Numbered from the stretch's first letter, positions 19,244-29,214 are shown. The stretch is 64,000 nucleotides of DNA from Candidatus Omnitrophota bacterium (GCA_903856085.1 CAIOAT010000012.1:39020-103019); one strand, 5' to 3'. Made by a program: numbers and translations. Notes: generated by a model from the letters alone, not told the origin.

Positions 19244-20137
19244 ATGAAGAAGTTCATTGTGTTGGGGCTTTTAGCCTCTGTCGTCAGCTGGCAATTCACC
19301 GGGGTCTCGTATGCTGGAGTTCCCTTAAACAACCTGGAAGGCGTCGGGGGTATTGCGTTTAATCCGTTGGCGTATCTAGCCAATGCTGGAAGTAAGTGGA
19401 GAAAAGAAGCGCCGGCAACACCCGTGCCTGGAAAAACAGGGACGGAAAAGAAGGCTTTTAACGATTTTGGGTTGCTGGAAAACGTTAGCAAACCCCAAGC
19501 CGGAGCTTGGTATGTGCGGTTGCCCCAGTCGCATGTGGATTGGACCGCGCTTGGAACGGCTTTTTCGCTGTATGACCGTGTGGAAGTTTCGTATGGATGG
19601 GAAGCTGTGGCGCCGCATGGCGGTAAGACGATCTACAAGAACAATATCGGTACAAAGTTCTTGTTGGTTCCGGAGAACGCGGGAGATCACAAGTTCATCC
19701 CGGCAATCTCGATCGGCGGGATTCTAAAGAATACCGACTACGTGCCTGCGAAGACGAACCATGTGGGTTTTGACGCGTATCTGGTCGCGACCAAGCTGAT
19801 CAAAGAAACGCCGCTGCCGGTGCTGTTGTCCGGCGGTTTATTGGCTACGAACAGCCGTACGACCGGTGTTTTTGGTTACGATCCGAATTACCGCTTCACG
19901 TGGTTCGGGAACGCGGATCTGATCGTGCTTAAAAACTTGGCGGTCGGGTATGAGTACAAACAAGGCGCCAAATTCCACGGCTGGCATGATGCGGATTATC
20001 AGGACATCCATGCGGCGTGGTTCATCAATGATAAATGGACCCTTGTGGGTGCTTGGGTCTATGCCGGCGCGGCCAAGAGCACCAAAGAAGTTGGGCTTGG
20101 AGATGGTTTTACGGCTAGCCTGCATTATGCGTTCTAA
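19244..20137 (+). CDS. Outer-membrane beta-barrel protein, DUF3034-like
   Basis: Signal peptide; [16 protein letters not shown]-terminus; alternating aromatic strands; C-terminal SLHYAF beta-signal. Confidence 0.75.
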   Translation: MKKFIVLGLLASVVSWQFTGVSYAGVPLNNLEGVGGIAFNPLAYLANAGSKWRKEAPATPVPGKTGTEKKAFNDFGLLENVSKPQAGAWYVRLPQSHVDWTALGTAFSLYDRVEVSYGWEAVAPHGGKTIYKNNIGTKFLLVPENAGDHKFIPAISIGGILKNTDYVPAKTNHVGFDAYLVATKLIKETPLPVLLSGGLLATNSRTTGVFGYDPNYRFTWFGNADLIVLKNLAVGYEYKQGAKFHGWHDADYQDIHAAWFINDKWTLVGAWVYAGAAKSTKEVGLGDGFTASLHYAF

Positions 20138-20190
20138 AAGAAAAGAAGTGCTTGCATTTAAGTAGCCGAAAATATAAAAGGGAGGTCCCT

Positions 20191-21123
20191 ATGAACGTTT
20201 ATCAGGATATTACACAGACCGTTGGAAGGACTCCTTTAGTCTGGTTGAACCGGATCGGTAAGGATTCGGGCGCACGCATTGCCGTGAAGCTCGAATCCTC
20301 CAATCCTCTTTCCAGCGTCAAGGACAGGATCGGTGTCGCGATGATCAATGCGGCCGAGCAGGCCGGAAAACTCAAGCCGGGCAGTGTTATTGTGGAGCCC
20401 ACGAGTGGCAACACGGGCATTGCGCTGGCTTTTGTGGCTGCGGCACGCGGTTATCGGTTGATCTTAACCATGCCGGAGACCATGAGCGTAGAGCGCCGGC
20501 AGCTTTTGAAGATCCTGGGCGCGGAATTAGTTCTGACTGAAGGACCCAAAGGTATGCGGGGGGCTGTGGAAAAAGCCGAGGAGATTGCAAAAACCATCCC
20601 CGGAAGTTTTGTCCCGCAGCAATTCAATAACCCGGCAAATGCGGAGATCCACCGGAAGACCACAGCCGAGGAGATCTGGAAAGATACGGACGGGACCGTG
20701 GATATTTTTGTCGCGGGGATCGGGACCGGCGGCACGATCACCGGTGTCGGTGAGGTTTTGAAACAGAGGAAGCCTTCTGCTAGAATCATTGCCGTGGAGC
20801 CGGTTGATTCGCCGGTGCTTTCGGGCGGAAAGCCGGGACCGCACAAGATCCAGGGAATCGGAGCGGGATTTGTTCCCGGGGTCTTGAACACGAAGGTCTA
20901 CGACGAGATCATTCAAGTGCGTCACGAAGATGCGGGGGCGACGGCGCGGCAGTTGGCCCGGCAGGAAGGGATCCTGGGAGGGATCTCGTCGGGCGCGAAT
21001 GTTTGGGCTGCTGCAGAGGTCGCTAAACGGCCGGAATCGAAAGGAAAGACGATCGTGACCGTGATCTGTGATACCGGGGAACGTTATCTTTCCACATGGC
21101 TTTTTCAGGAGTTTGCGGGATGA
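20191..21123 (+). CDS. cysK: Cysteine synthase A
   Basis: [45 protein letters not shown]. Confidence 0.96.
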   Translation: MNVYQDITQTVGRTPLVWLNRIGKDSGARIAVKLESSNPLSSVKDRIGVAMINAAEQAGKLKPGSVIVEPTSGNTGIALAFVAAARGYRLILTMPETMSVERRQLLKILGAELVLTEGPKGMRGAVEKAEEIAKTIPGSFVPQQFNNPANAEIHRKTTAEEIWKDTDGTVDIFVAGIGTGGTITGVGEVLKQRKPSARIIAVEPVDSPVLSGGKPGPHKIQGIGAGFVPGVLNTKVYDEIIQVRHEDAGATARQLARQEGILGGISSGANVWAAAEVAKRPESKGKTIVTVICDTGERYLSTWLFQEFAG

Positions 21124-22238
21124 CAGCGAAAGAAATCGAAGTGGTTGAAACAAAATATTTTACGTTTGCGGAGGCGGACGGGTTTAAACTGGAATCCGGA
21201 CGCGCGTTCGGGCCCATTACGCTTGCCTATGAAACATACGGCCAGCTGGACGCAGAAAAAAGTAATGCTATCCTCGTGATGCATGCTTTTTCCGGGAACG
21301 CGCATGTCGCGGGCCTCGGGACGGGCGATCAAGATCCGCCGTGGTGGAATTTTATGGTCGGATCGGGCAAAGCCCTTGATACGGACAAATATTTTGTGAT
21401 CTGCATTAACGTGATTGGGGGATGTAAAGGAAGCACCGGTCCTTCTTCCATAAACCCCAAGACGGGGAAACCTTACGGGATCGATTTTCCGCTTATTACG
21501 ATCGGGGACATGGTTCGCACGCAGAAGGTCCTGATCGACCATCTCGGGATCAAGAAGCTCCACGGCGTGATCGGCGGCTCGATGGGAGGCATGCTCGCGC
21601 TCCAGTGGGTTGCGTGTTATCCCGATGCTGTGGAATGTGTCATCCCTATCGCGGCGACCCTGAAGCATTCTCCGCAGCAAATCGCGTTTAACGAGGTCGG
21701 CCGTCAGGCCATCATGGCGGATCCGGCATGGAACCACGGGAATTATTATGGCGGGTCCCTGCCCGAAAAGGGACTTGCGGTTGCGCGCATGGTCGGACAC
21801 ATCACCTATATGAGCAATGATTCTATGGAGAAGAAATTTTCCAGGCGGCTTAAGGATGACAACACCGGTTTCAAGTTCTCGGCAGATTTTGAGGTGGAGG
21901 GCTATCTCCAGTATCGCGGGATGAGTTTTGTGAAGCGCTTTGATGCTAACACGTATCTCTATATTACCAAGGCGATGGATTACTTTGATCTCTCGGATGC
22001 CAAATGGATCCCGAAGGACGGTCTTCCAGGCGTCCGTTTTCTTGTGATCGCATTCAAGTCGGATTGGCTCTATCCGTCCGTTCAATCGCAGGAAATGGTC
22101 AAACAGCTTCAAATGCGGCGCGTGGATGCGACCTACTGTGAAACAGATTCAACCTATGGCCACGATACCTTCCTGATCGAAAGCGAAGCTGAGAAGCAGT
22201 CGCATCTCATCAAGCATTTTCTCGCGAAGAGGAAATAG
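21120..22238 (+). CDS. metX: Homoserine O-acetyltransferase
   Basis: [44 protein letters not shown]. Confidence 0.93.
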   Translation: MTAKEIEVVETKYFTFAEADGFKLESGRAFGPITLAYETYGQLDAEKSNAILVMHAFSGNAHVAGLGTGDQDPPWWNFMVGSGKALDTDKYFVICINVIGGCKGSTGPSSINPKTGKPYGIDFPLITIGDMVRTQKVLIDHLGIKKLHGVIGGSMGGMLALQWVACYPDAVECVIPIAATLKHSPQQIAFNEVGRQAIMADPAWNHGNYYGGSLPEKGLAVARMVGHITYMSNDSMEKKFSRRLKDDNTGFKFSADFEVEGYLQYRGMSFVKRFDANTYLYITKAMDYFDLSDAKWIPKDGLPGVRFLVIAFKSDWLYPSVQSQEMVKQLQMRRVDATYCETDSTYGHDTFLIESEAEKQSHLIKHFLAKRK

Positions 22239-22283
22239 CTTCCACCCCGAACATTTGATTGAAGAGCCAGGCTTTAAATTTAA

Positions 22284-22341
22284 AGCCGTCCTAGTCGTTC
22301 TTTCTATTTCTTTGAGGTTGACTTGGGCTGTGCTGATTTCC
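22284..22341 (+). repeat. Dispersed hairpin, family A copy 3
   Basis: GTCCTAGTC-23 nt-GACTTGGGCTGTGCTGATTTCC; overlaps the perfect palindrome GGCTTTAAATTTAAAGCC (22270-22287). Confidence 0.55.
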
Positions 22342-22395
22342 AATTTTAAATAATGATAATCAGGCGGTTTTGATCAGGGCTTTCCGTTGTTTCTC

Positions 22396-22424
22396 TTGAA
22401 AAAAAGCCGGTAGAGGAATACTAT
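22396..22424 (+). promoter_or_regulatory. Putative promoter giving a near-leaderless metW mRNA
   Basis: TTGAAA-17 nt-TACTAT, with the ATG 10 nt downstream. Confidence 0.45.
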
Positions 22425-22433
22425 TTCAATCCT

Positions 22434-23027
22434 ATGGAATCTATCATTAAGCGGTTCGATCATCAGGTGATCTGCGGGATCGTGGAGTCTGGCTCCAAGG
22501 TTCTCGACTTGGGCTGTGGGAACGGGGATCTGCTGCATCTGCTCGCGGAGCAGAGTGGCGTAAAGGCGCAGGGAGTGGAGCTCAATAATGACGCCATTCA
22601 TGCTTGCGTCGAAAAGGGTCTGAGCGTTTTTCATAGTGATATCGACAGCGGACTTCCGTATTATCCTGATCAATCGTTCGATTACGTGATCCTGAACCAG
22701 AGCTTGCAGGAAGCGAAAAAGGTCGAGACCGTGATCTCCGAGGCGCTTCGCGTGGGGAAAAAGGTCATCATTGGCTTTCCCAATTTCGCACATCTTGAGG
22801 CGCGTATTCGGATATTCTTCGGCGGCCGAGCGCCTATCGTTTCATCGCTTCCGTATGAATGGTACAGTACGCCGAATCTTCGTTTTCTTTCCATTAAGGA
22901 CTTCAAGTCCTTTTGCAGGATCAAGGGTTATAAGATTCTGGCCGCGCATTTTCTTGATTCACAAGGCCAGGTCCGTGTGCTTCCCAACCTTTTCGCCCAG
23001 AACGCAATTTTCGTTATCACCCGATAA
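22434..23027 (+). CDS. metW: Methionine biosynthesis protein MetW
   Basis: LDLGCGNGDLL, FDYVILNQSLQ, FPNFAH, LPYEWYSTPN. Confidence 0.92.
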   Translation: MESIIKRFDHQVICGIVESGSKVLDLGCGNGDLLHLLAEQSGVKAQGVELNNDAIHACVEKGLSVFHSDIDSGLPYYPDQSFDYVILNQSLQEAKKVETVISEALRVGKKVIIGFPNFAHLEARIRIFFGGRAPIVSSLPYEWYSTPNLRFLSIKDFKSFCRIKGYKILAAHFLDSQGQVRVLPNLFAQNAIFVITR

Positions 23028-23060
23028 TCATCCATTCCAGTTAAATGTGGCGGGGAATTC

Positions 23061-23831
23061 GTGTCTAATCACAAAGATCTTGAGCACAATAAAAGGATCG
23101 TCGAGCAGTTTTCCAAGCAGGCCATCCCGTTTTCGGAGGTGCCGGGGCACCGGGATTTCATGCAGTTGCTGATCCAGATGTCTGGCGTTAGTTCTTCGGA
23201 TAATGTTCTGGACGTAGCTTGCGGTCCGGGACTGGTCGCTTGTGAATTCTCAAAAGTTGCGGATCATGTGACGGGGATCGATATTACCGCAAAAATGATC
23301 GAACGCGCCAGGTGCCTTCAGGAAGAAAAGCAGCTCACAAATATGGGCTGGTGCGTCCATGATATTTTACCCCTGCCTTATTCCGATAATGATTTTTCAA
23401 TTGTTCTGACCCGGTACAGTTTCCACCACTTCTTGAAGCCTGTGGAGGTGTTGGCGGAAATGATCCGAGTATGTAGGCCCGGGGGCAGGGTTCTGGTTGC
23501 CGATGTGGCATTGCCGTCCGAAAAATCAGCCACCTATGATCGCTTGGAGAAAATTCGCGATCCTTCTCATACGCATGCCCTCACAGTTCCGGAATTTGAG
23601 GCGTTGTTTGCAGCAAGCGGACTGGGGCATATCCAAAGAGGGTCTTATAAAGTCGAGTTGGAACTGGAGCAGCAGCTGAAGGCATCTTTTCCGGATCCCG
23701 GAGATGAAGAAAAGATCCGGGAGATTCTAAGGGCAGATCTTCATGAGGATAAGCTGGGCGTGGGTGTCCATCTCCAAGGGAATGAGATTCATTATTCGGT
23801 TCCGATAGAAGTCTTTGTCGGCCGTAAATAA
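23061..23831 (+). CDS. Class I SAM-dependent methyltransferase
   Basis: EQFSKQA, LDVACGPG, RYSFHHF, RDPSH. Confidence 0.88.
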   Translation: MSNHKDLEHNKRIVEQFSKQAIPFSEVPGHRDFMQLLIQMSGVSSSDNVLDVACGPGLVACEFSKVADHVTGIDITAKMIERARCLQEEKQLTNMGWCVHDILPLPYSDNDFSIVLTRYSFHHFLKPVEVLAEMIRVCRPGGRVLVADVALPSEKSATYDRLEKIRDPSHTHALTVPEFEALFAASGLGHIQRGSYKVELELEQQLKASFPDPGDEEKIREILRADLHEDKLGVGVHLQGNEIHYSVPIEVFVGRK

Positions 23832-23865
23832 AAAAAGGCAAGCGGTTTTTAAAAAGCCGCTTGTC
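23830..23865. terminator. Intrinsic terminator between convergent genes
   Basis: A7-GGCAAGCGGTTTTT/AAAAAGCCGCTTGTC. Confidence 0.75.
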
Positions 23866-23884
23866 CCGTTTATTTTTACTTTGG

Positions 23885-25024
23885 TTATTTCCCTAAGGCT
23901 TTCTTCAGATCCTCAATCAGATCGTCCGCGCTTTCGATGCCGACGGAGATACGGACGGTTTCTTTCGTGATGCCGGAAGCCTTGAGACCTTCGGGTCCCA
24001 TGGAAGCGTGGCTCATGCTCCATGGATGTTCGATCAGGGATTCCACGCCGCCTAATGATTCCGCCAATTGGAAGAGTTTCAGCTTTTTGAAGAATGGTTT
24101 GAGCGGAACTTTTTTTGTGTCCAGTTCGAACGCGAGCATGCCGCCGAAGCCCTTCATCTGTTTCTTGATCAAGCTCTGTTGGGGATGGCTTTCCAGACCC
24201 GTGTAATAGACCTGCTTGACACGGGGATGACCTTCGAGGAACGACGCGATCTTCAGGGCATTCCGTTGATGGGCTTCCATCCGGTAAGGCAGAGTCTTGA
24301 TCCCCCGGAGGACGAGCCAGGCATCAAAAGGGGCTTCGCTTACACCCAAGGCGTTCACGAAATAGCGTATCTTTTCTCCGAGAGCTTTATGGTTATAAAC
24401 AACCGCGCCGCCGACCACGTCGCTATGTCCGTTCAGATATTTTGTGGTGGAATGAATGATGATATCTGCGCCAAATTCAAATGGGCGCTGGAAGTACGGT
24501 GATAGAAAAGTATTATCCACGACGGTCAGGAGTTTTTTCTTTTTGGCCAGACCGATCACGGTCTCGAGATCCACGATGTGGAGCAGGGGATTGGACGGTG
24601 TTTCGATCCAGATCATCCGAGTGCTGGGCCGTATGGCTTTTTTGATGGCTTTCAAGTCCATCATGTTGATGAAAGAGAACGAGATCCCGCGTTTTGAGAA
24701 AATATCTTTGAATAAACGATACGTGCCACCGTAAATATCATTTCCCGTGACGACATGATCTCCCGGCTCCAGGAGGAAGAGAGCCGTCGTGATGGCTGCC
24801 ATGCCGGTTGCCGTGGCAGAGGCTCCCAGTCCGCCTTCGAGCGCCGCGATATTCTCCTCCAGGGCCCCGCGCGTCGGGTTGCCGCTTCGTGAGTAATCAT
24901 AGCCTTTGTGCTTTCCGAGCTCCTCAAAGCGGAAGGTGGAAGTCGGATAGAGCGGCGTGATGACGGAATTATACTGGGTGTCTTTGGCGGTGCCCGTGAG
25001 GACAGCCCTGGTTCGTATGTCCAT
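23885..25024 (-). CDS. Trans-sulfuration PLP enzyme (cystathionine gamma-synthase/lyase, MetB/MccB-like)
   Basis: YSRSGNPTR, IYGGTYRL, WIETPSNP, VDNTF, HSTTKYLNGHSD, AESLGGVESL. Confidence 0.92.
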   Translation of the reverse strand: MDIRTRAVLTGTAKDTQYNSVITPLYPTSTFRFEELGKHKGYDYSRSGNPTRGALEENIAALEGGLGASATATGMAAITTALFLLEPGDHVVTGNDIYGGTYRLFKDIFSKRGISFSFINMMDLKAIKKAIRPSTRMIWIETPSNPLLHIVDLETVIGLAKKKKLLTVVDNTFLSPYFQRPFEFGADIIIHSTTKYLNGHSDVVGGAVVYNHKALGEKIRYFVNALGVSEAPFDAWLVLRGIKTLPYRMEAHQRNALKIASFLEGHPRVKQVYYTGLESHPQQSLIKKQMKGFGGMLAFELDTKKVPLKPFFKKLKLFQLAESLGGVESLIEHPWSMSHASMGPEGLKASGITKETVRISVGIESADDLIEDLKKALGK

Positions 25025-25127
25025 GAGTGCTTTTCCTCTCTTGAGTTCAAATCCGTTTATAATGGCGAGTGATAGCGTGTATGGTAAGCGGAAAATAAAA
25101 CAAGGGCAAATGGAAAAAGGTTTTAAA

Positions 25128-25178
25128 TTGACGGCGAAATAAGCGCTTGATACAATTCCTACTAACCTTATAGGGATT
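25128..25178 (+). promoter_or_regulatory. sigma70 promoter with overlapping CymR-like operator
   Basis: TTGACG-17 nt-TACAAT (extended TG); dyad AATTCCTA-ctaacctta-TAGGGATT at 25154-25178. Confidence 0.65.
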
Positions 25179-25580
25179 ATGAAGCTAACCACTCGCAGCG
25201 AATACGTTTTTCTTGCCATCTTGAGCATTGCCCGTTCGAAAGAGAAGGGCTATATCCCGTTGTCTAAAATCGCCAGGGAACAAAAATTACCCATGAAATA
25301 CATGGAACAACTGATGCAAACCCTGTGCAGGTCCGGTTATCTTTCCAGCTCACGCGGCAAGGAGGGCGGGTACCGTTTGGCAAAGCCGGCCCGGAAAATC
25401 ACAATCGCAGAAATCATTCGTTTGTTTGACGGCCCCTTGGCGCCCACGGAATCCGTGAGCACGTATTTTTACAGACTCACGCCGCTTTCGAGAGAAAAAA
25501 AACTGCTCGGAGTGATGCAGGAGATCCGGGATTATGTTTCCAATGCTTTGGAAAAAACGACGATTGCAGATGTGCTGTAA
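25179..25580 (+). CDS. Rrf2-family regulator (CymR-like, no Cys cluster motif)
   Basis: TTRSEY, KYMEQLM, SSRGKEGGYRLAKPA, IIRLFDGPLAP. Confidence 0.92.
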   Translation: MKLTTRSEYVFLAILSIARSKEKGYIPLSKIAREQKLPMKYMEQLMQTLCRSGYLSSSRGKEGGYRLAKPARKITIAEIIRLFDGPLAPTESVSTYFYRLTPLSREKKLLGVMQEIRDYVSNALEKTTIADVL

Positions 25581-25627
25581 AAAAAATAAATATTAAAACA
25601 TACCAATCAGATGGGGAAAGAGGGTTT

Positions 25628-26413
25628 ATGATTGAAAGCATTACGATCTTGAGCGGCCATGGGAAAAAAGGTGACAATGAAGCCGTGGAACGGATCGATT
25701 TTAAAATGGGGGATGTGGTCAGCATTGTCGGCCCCACAGGATCCGGTAAAACTACGTTAATTAATGATATCGAATTGTTTGCCGATGGGACCACCCCCAC
25801 AGGGCGGAGCGTATTGATCAACGGTTTGCTGCCGCTACCTGAATATCGCGACAATCCGGCATGCAATCCCATTGCCTTGATCACGCAGCATACGACTTTT
25901 TTGTCCGACTTGCCGGTCGGTGATTTTTTAAGGGCGCATGCGCGTATCCGTTCGAATGTTGCCGTGGATGGCGACAAACTTGTACAGCAGACGCTGGATT
26001 TTGCGAATCAGCTGACCGGAGAGCCGATCATTCCGACGAGTCAGATGACGGAGCTTTCGGGTGGCCAGACGCGGGCGCTTTTGATCGCCGATGCGACGAT
26101 CATTTGCAATACTCCGATCGTGTTGCTTGATGAGGTGGAAAATGCCGGGATCCACAGGACGCGAGCTCTTGAGCTTTTACGCATGCACAAAAAGATTTTT
26201 ATTTTTGTGACGCATGATCCTCGTATCGCGTTACTTTCGGATTACCGGATCATTATGAAACAGGGGTGTATCACCGACGTCTTATACGCGAACGAAGAAG
26301 AGCGCGAGTGTTCGGTGAAAGTCAGGCGGTTGGATGATCTCCTGACGAAGATGCGGGACAAACTGCGGTTCGGGGAGCGATTGACCTCTAAGGAATTGGA
26401 GGGCGTGTTATGA
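25628..26413 (+). CDS. Stand-alone ABC-type ATPase (no permease)
   Basis: GPTGSGKTT, Q-loop ITQ, LSGGQ, IVLLDE, atypical D-loop VENAGI, VTHD. Confidence 0.88.
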   Translation: MIESITILSGHGKKGDNEAVERIDFKMGDVVSIVGPTGSGKTTLINDIELFADGTTPTGRSVLINGLLPLPEYRDNPACNPIALITQHTTFLSDLPVGDFLRAHARIRSNVAVDGDKLVQQTLDFANQLTGEPIIPTSQMTELSGGQTRALLIADATIICNTPIVLLDEVENAGIHRTRALELLRMHKKIFIFVTHDPRIALLSDYRIIMKQGCITDVLYANEEERECSVKVRRLDDLLTKMRDKLRFGERLTSKELEGVL

Positions 26414-27111
26414 AGCTTCTGATCTGCGCGGGACCGGCCACGACCGGCAAATCAGCGGTGTTGCGGCACATGATCCGCAAGTTGTTGAGCAAGAATTTGA
26501 AGCCGGCCTTTTTAAAGATCGATGTTCAATATGCGGAGGAAGATGAGATCTTCGCCAAGGAATTCGGTATCCCGACACGCAAGGTCTATTCCGGCGAGCT
26601 TTGTCCTGATCATTGCAACGTGATGGTATTAGGAGATGCGCTGCGTTGGGCCAGTCACGAAGGTTGCCAGGTCCTGATGGTCGAAACGGCGGGCTTGTGT
26701 CTGCGATGTGCGCCTTATGTGGATGGTGGTTTAGGGATGGTTGTTCTGGAAGCGACAAGCGGCATGAATCTGCCTTTGAAAGTGGGGCCTCTGCTATCGC
26801 TGGCCGATATCGCGGTGGTCACCAAGATCGACCGTGTTTCTCAAGCAGAACGCGAGGTTTTCCGTTCACGTATTCAGGATGTGGCGCCGCAAGTACGTAT
26901 CCGCGAGGTCAACGCGCTGTATGGTATCGGGATCGATCCCCTTGTCGCAAGCATTGAGGCCTTTCCGGATGCCGGAGAAAACTTATTGCTCCGGGGCAAT
27001 CCTCCCGTTGGGACTTGTACGATCTGCGTCGGAAAAAAAGAGATAGGTTGGCAGTCTCATTTCGGAGTGGTCCGGGCGCTTGAAAACCAGGTTTTCTATC
27101 GGGGAGAATAA
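26410..27111 (+). CDS. G3E-class (UreG/HypB-like) P-loop GTPase, Cys-rich
   Basis: GPATTGKS, LCPDHC, ETAGLCLRC, TKID, NAL, C-terminal CTIC. Confidence 0.85.
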   Translation: MKLLICAGPATTGKSAVLRHMIRKLLSKNLKPAFLKIDVQYAEEDEIFAKEFGIPTRKVYSGELCPDHCNVMVLGDALRWASHEGCQVLMVETAGLCLRCAPYVDGGLGMVVLEATSGMNLPLKVGPLLSLADIAVVTKIDRVSQAEREVFRSRIQDVAPQVRIREVNALYGIGIDPLVASIEAFPDAGENLLLRGNPPVGTCTICVGKKEIGWQSHFGVVRALENQVFYRGE

Positions 27112-27112
27112 T

Positions 27113-28291
27113 ATGCCGGATCGGATCTATTTTGATTATGCCGCGACAACACCGGTGGATCCTCGGGTTGCTGAAAATATGATCCCTTATTTGAAGGATC
27201 AGTTCGGGAATCCATCGAGTCTTCATGAGGTTGGTCGTGAAGCGCGGTTTGTCGTTGAGAAAGCCAGGCAACAAGTAGCGGATCTTTTAGGCGCGTCAAG
27301 CGATGAGATAATCTTTACAAGCAGCGGCACTGAGGCTAATAACATGGCTCTGATTGGTTTTGTGGAGGCCCACGCAGAAGAAGAAATCCATATCGTTACG
27401 AGTGCGATCGAGCATCCATCGATCCTGAAAACATGCCGCTATCTTGAAAAGCGCAAAGTTTCAGTGACCTATCTTTCCGTGACTCCGGACGGGCAAGTAG
27501 AGCCGGATTCACTTCAGGCCGCGATGCGGCCCGAGACGAGGCTTGTTTCGATCATGACCGCGAATAACGTCGCCGGCACAATTCAGCCGATCTGTGAACT
27601 TGTGCGTATAGCCCGTCAGCACGGCGCTCTTTTTCACACAGATGCCGTTCAAGCTTTCGGCAAACTTCCGTTTCATGGTGGACAAGACTCTCCGGATCTC
27701 ATTTCAGTCTCGGCCCATAAACTTTATGGCCCCAAGGGGATTGGTGCTCTTTTTGTGCGCAAAGGAATTCGTTTGAATTCTTTGATCCATGGCGGTGGTC
27801 AAGAACGCGATTTGCGGGCTTCTACGGAAAATGTTCCCGGGATCGTTGGTTTTGGATATGCCGCGGAAATTGCGCGTCAAGGGATGGCTTCGGAAACCGC
27901 ACGGCTTGTAAGTTGGCGTGATGAAATGATAGGACATATTCTAGGTAAAATCCAAGGCTCCTATTTGATAGGACATCCTTATCGGCGTCTTCCGGGGCAT
28001 CTTTGTCTTGGGTTCTCGGGGTTGGAAGGAGACATGATCAAACTTCTAATGCTTCTGGATAAAGCCGGGATTGCTGTTTCCACGGGGAGTGCTTGCAGTT
28101 CCAACCATCCGGGCGAAGCTTCTTATGTGTTGCAGGCCATGGGTTTGGATCCGCTCAAAGCCCGAGGCTCCCTGCGCGTGACCTTGGGGCGGTTTAACAC
28201 TCAGAAAGAAATCGACTGGTTTTTGAAAATTCTTCCAAAAACCCTGGCTGAGCTAAGGCCCATGACAACAGATTCATTTTCTAGTCGCTGA
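27113..28291 (+). CDS. Group I cysteine desulfurase (NifS/IscS-like)
   Basis: YFDYAATTP, FTSSGTEANN, EHPS, DAVQ, SAHKLYGPKG, STGSACSS. Confidence 0.93.
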   Translation: MPDRIYFDYAATTPVDPRVAENMIPYLKDQFGNPSSLHEVGREARFVVEKARQQVADLLGASSDEIIFTSSGTEANNMALIGFVEAHAEEEIHIVTSAIEHPSILKTCRYLEKRKVSVTYLSVTPDGQVEPDSLQAAMRPETRLVSIMTANNVAGTIQPICELVRIARQHGALFHTDAVQAFGKLPFHGGQDSPDLISVSAHKLYGPKGIGALFVRKGIRLNSLIHGGGQERDLRASTENVPGIVGFGYAAEIARQGMASETARLVSWRDEMIGHILGKIQGSYLIGHPYRRLPGHLCLGFSGLEGDMIKLLMLLDKAGIAVSTGSACSSNHPGEASYVLQAMGLDPLKARGSLRVTLGRFNTQKEIDWFLKILPKTLAELRPMTTDSFSSR

Positions 28292-28315
28292 GATTAAACA
28301 TAAAAGGAGATTTTT

Positions 28316-29017
28316 ATGTCTATGACCGTTTCAGATCTACCGGGCCTGAATTGTGGGCTTTGTGGTTATCGCACTTGTGCCGAAATGGCCGAGCAACTTC
28401 CGATGAAACCGGAATTGCTCAAACGATGTCTTCCCATGTCCGAGCATCGCGAGCGATCTTTTGAAACAAAGCCTTTCAGCGTTCCCTCGCCTAAAAAAGA
28501 TTGCGGTGCTTGTTCTGTCGCTTGTGCGCCGGAAAAGACGGACGGGGTAAAATGGAAAGATAGTTTGGGACGGGAATTTGATTTTTATCTCGAGCATTTT
28601 CCGGAAGACCCCGGCCCCCGGGAGATCATTATTCCGCATAATCCGATGATCACGCGTGAAATGGAGATCCAACGCGGCGATATCCTGATCGGTCGTCCGC
28701 TTGGTATGTCGTGCGGGTGCCCCATCACGCATTGCGGGGTTGTCATGGAAGTGGACAAGCGTACCGGTGTGATCGTCTGGTGCGTGACTGGGCCTTTGCA
28801 GCCGCGCCAGCATGGATTTAAAGATGTTGGGTATTATATTGCCGAAGGGTACGAAGGTTTGATTAAGCAGACACGTTGTGAGCCCAAGATCGGGATGCGT
28901 TATTACTTTCAGCCGCAGCTATGTATGCTTCAATGGCGCCACAGCGGTCTTGTCAATTATCTGAATCGTCTCAAGGATGGCTACCAAGTCCGTTTGGAAG
29001 GTCTATGGATCGGGTGA
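28316..29017 (+). CDS. Fe-S-binding protein (N-terminal FeS domain, Cys-rich C-terminal domain)
   Basis: LPGLNCGLCGYRTC...C (as in the RnfB/AcsC N-terminus), CGACSVAC, GMSCGCPITHCG, WCVTGP, CMLQWRHSG; SD AAGGAG. Confidence 0.82.
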   Translation: MSMTVSDLPGLNCGLCGYRTCAEMAEQLPMKPELLKRCLPMSEHRERSFETKPFSVPSPKKDCGACSVACAPEKTDGVKWKDSLGREFDFYLEHFPEDPGPREIIIPHNPMITREMEIQRGDILIGRPLGMSCGCPITHCGVVMEVDKRTGVIVWCVTGPLQPRQHGFKDVGYYIAEGYEGLIKQTRCEPKIGMRYYFQPQLCMLQWRHSGLVNYLNRLKDGYQVRLEGLWIG

Positions 29018-29129
29018 AGGGTATTGCCAGATAGCCGGTTCGTTGAAAAAATACGCTGGCAGGCGATGACTCATCAGAAGGGGTTGGATTGTTTTTATCG
29101 GACAAGGCTTGTGGTATAATTCCCTCCCT

Positions 29130-29189
29130 ATGACGGCCAAGTCTTTGTTTTCTCTTTGTGACTGGCGACTTGGACAGTCATGATTACTG
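29130..29189 (+). repeat. Dispersed hairpin, family A copy 1 (queF leader)
   Basis: ATGACGGCCAAGTC-23 nt-GACTTGGACAGTCATGATT, just downstream of TGgTATAAT (29112-29120). Confidence 0.7.
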
Positions 29190-29214
29190 CTTTATTTTTT
29201 AATTAAGGAGAATT

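Noticed and set aside
29155-29185. ZTP (pfl) or preQ1 riboswitch upstream of queF (contains GTGACTGGCGA)
   Set aside because: Lacks the GTGG..CCAC..GGGAG segment and the downstream CGCCTGGGC hairpin; no preQ1-I short stem with A-rich tail
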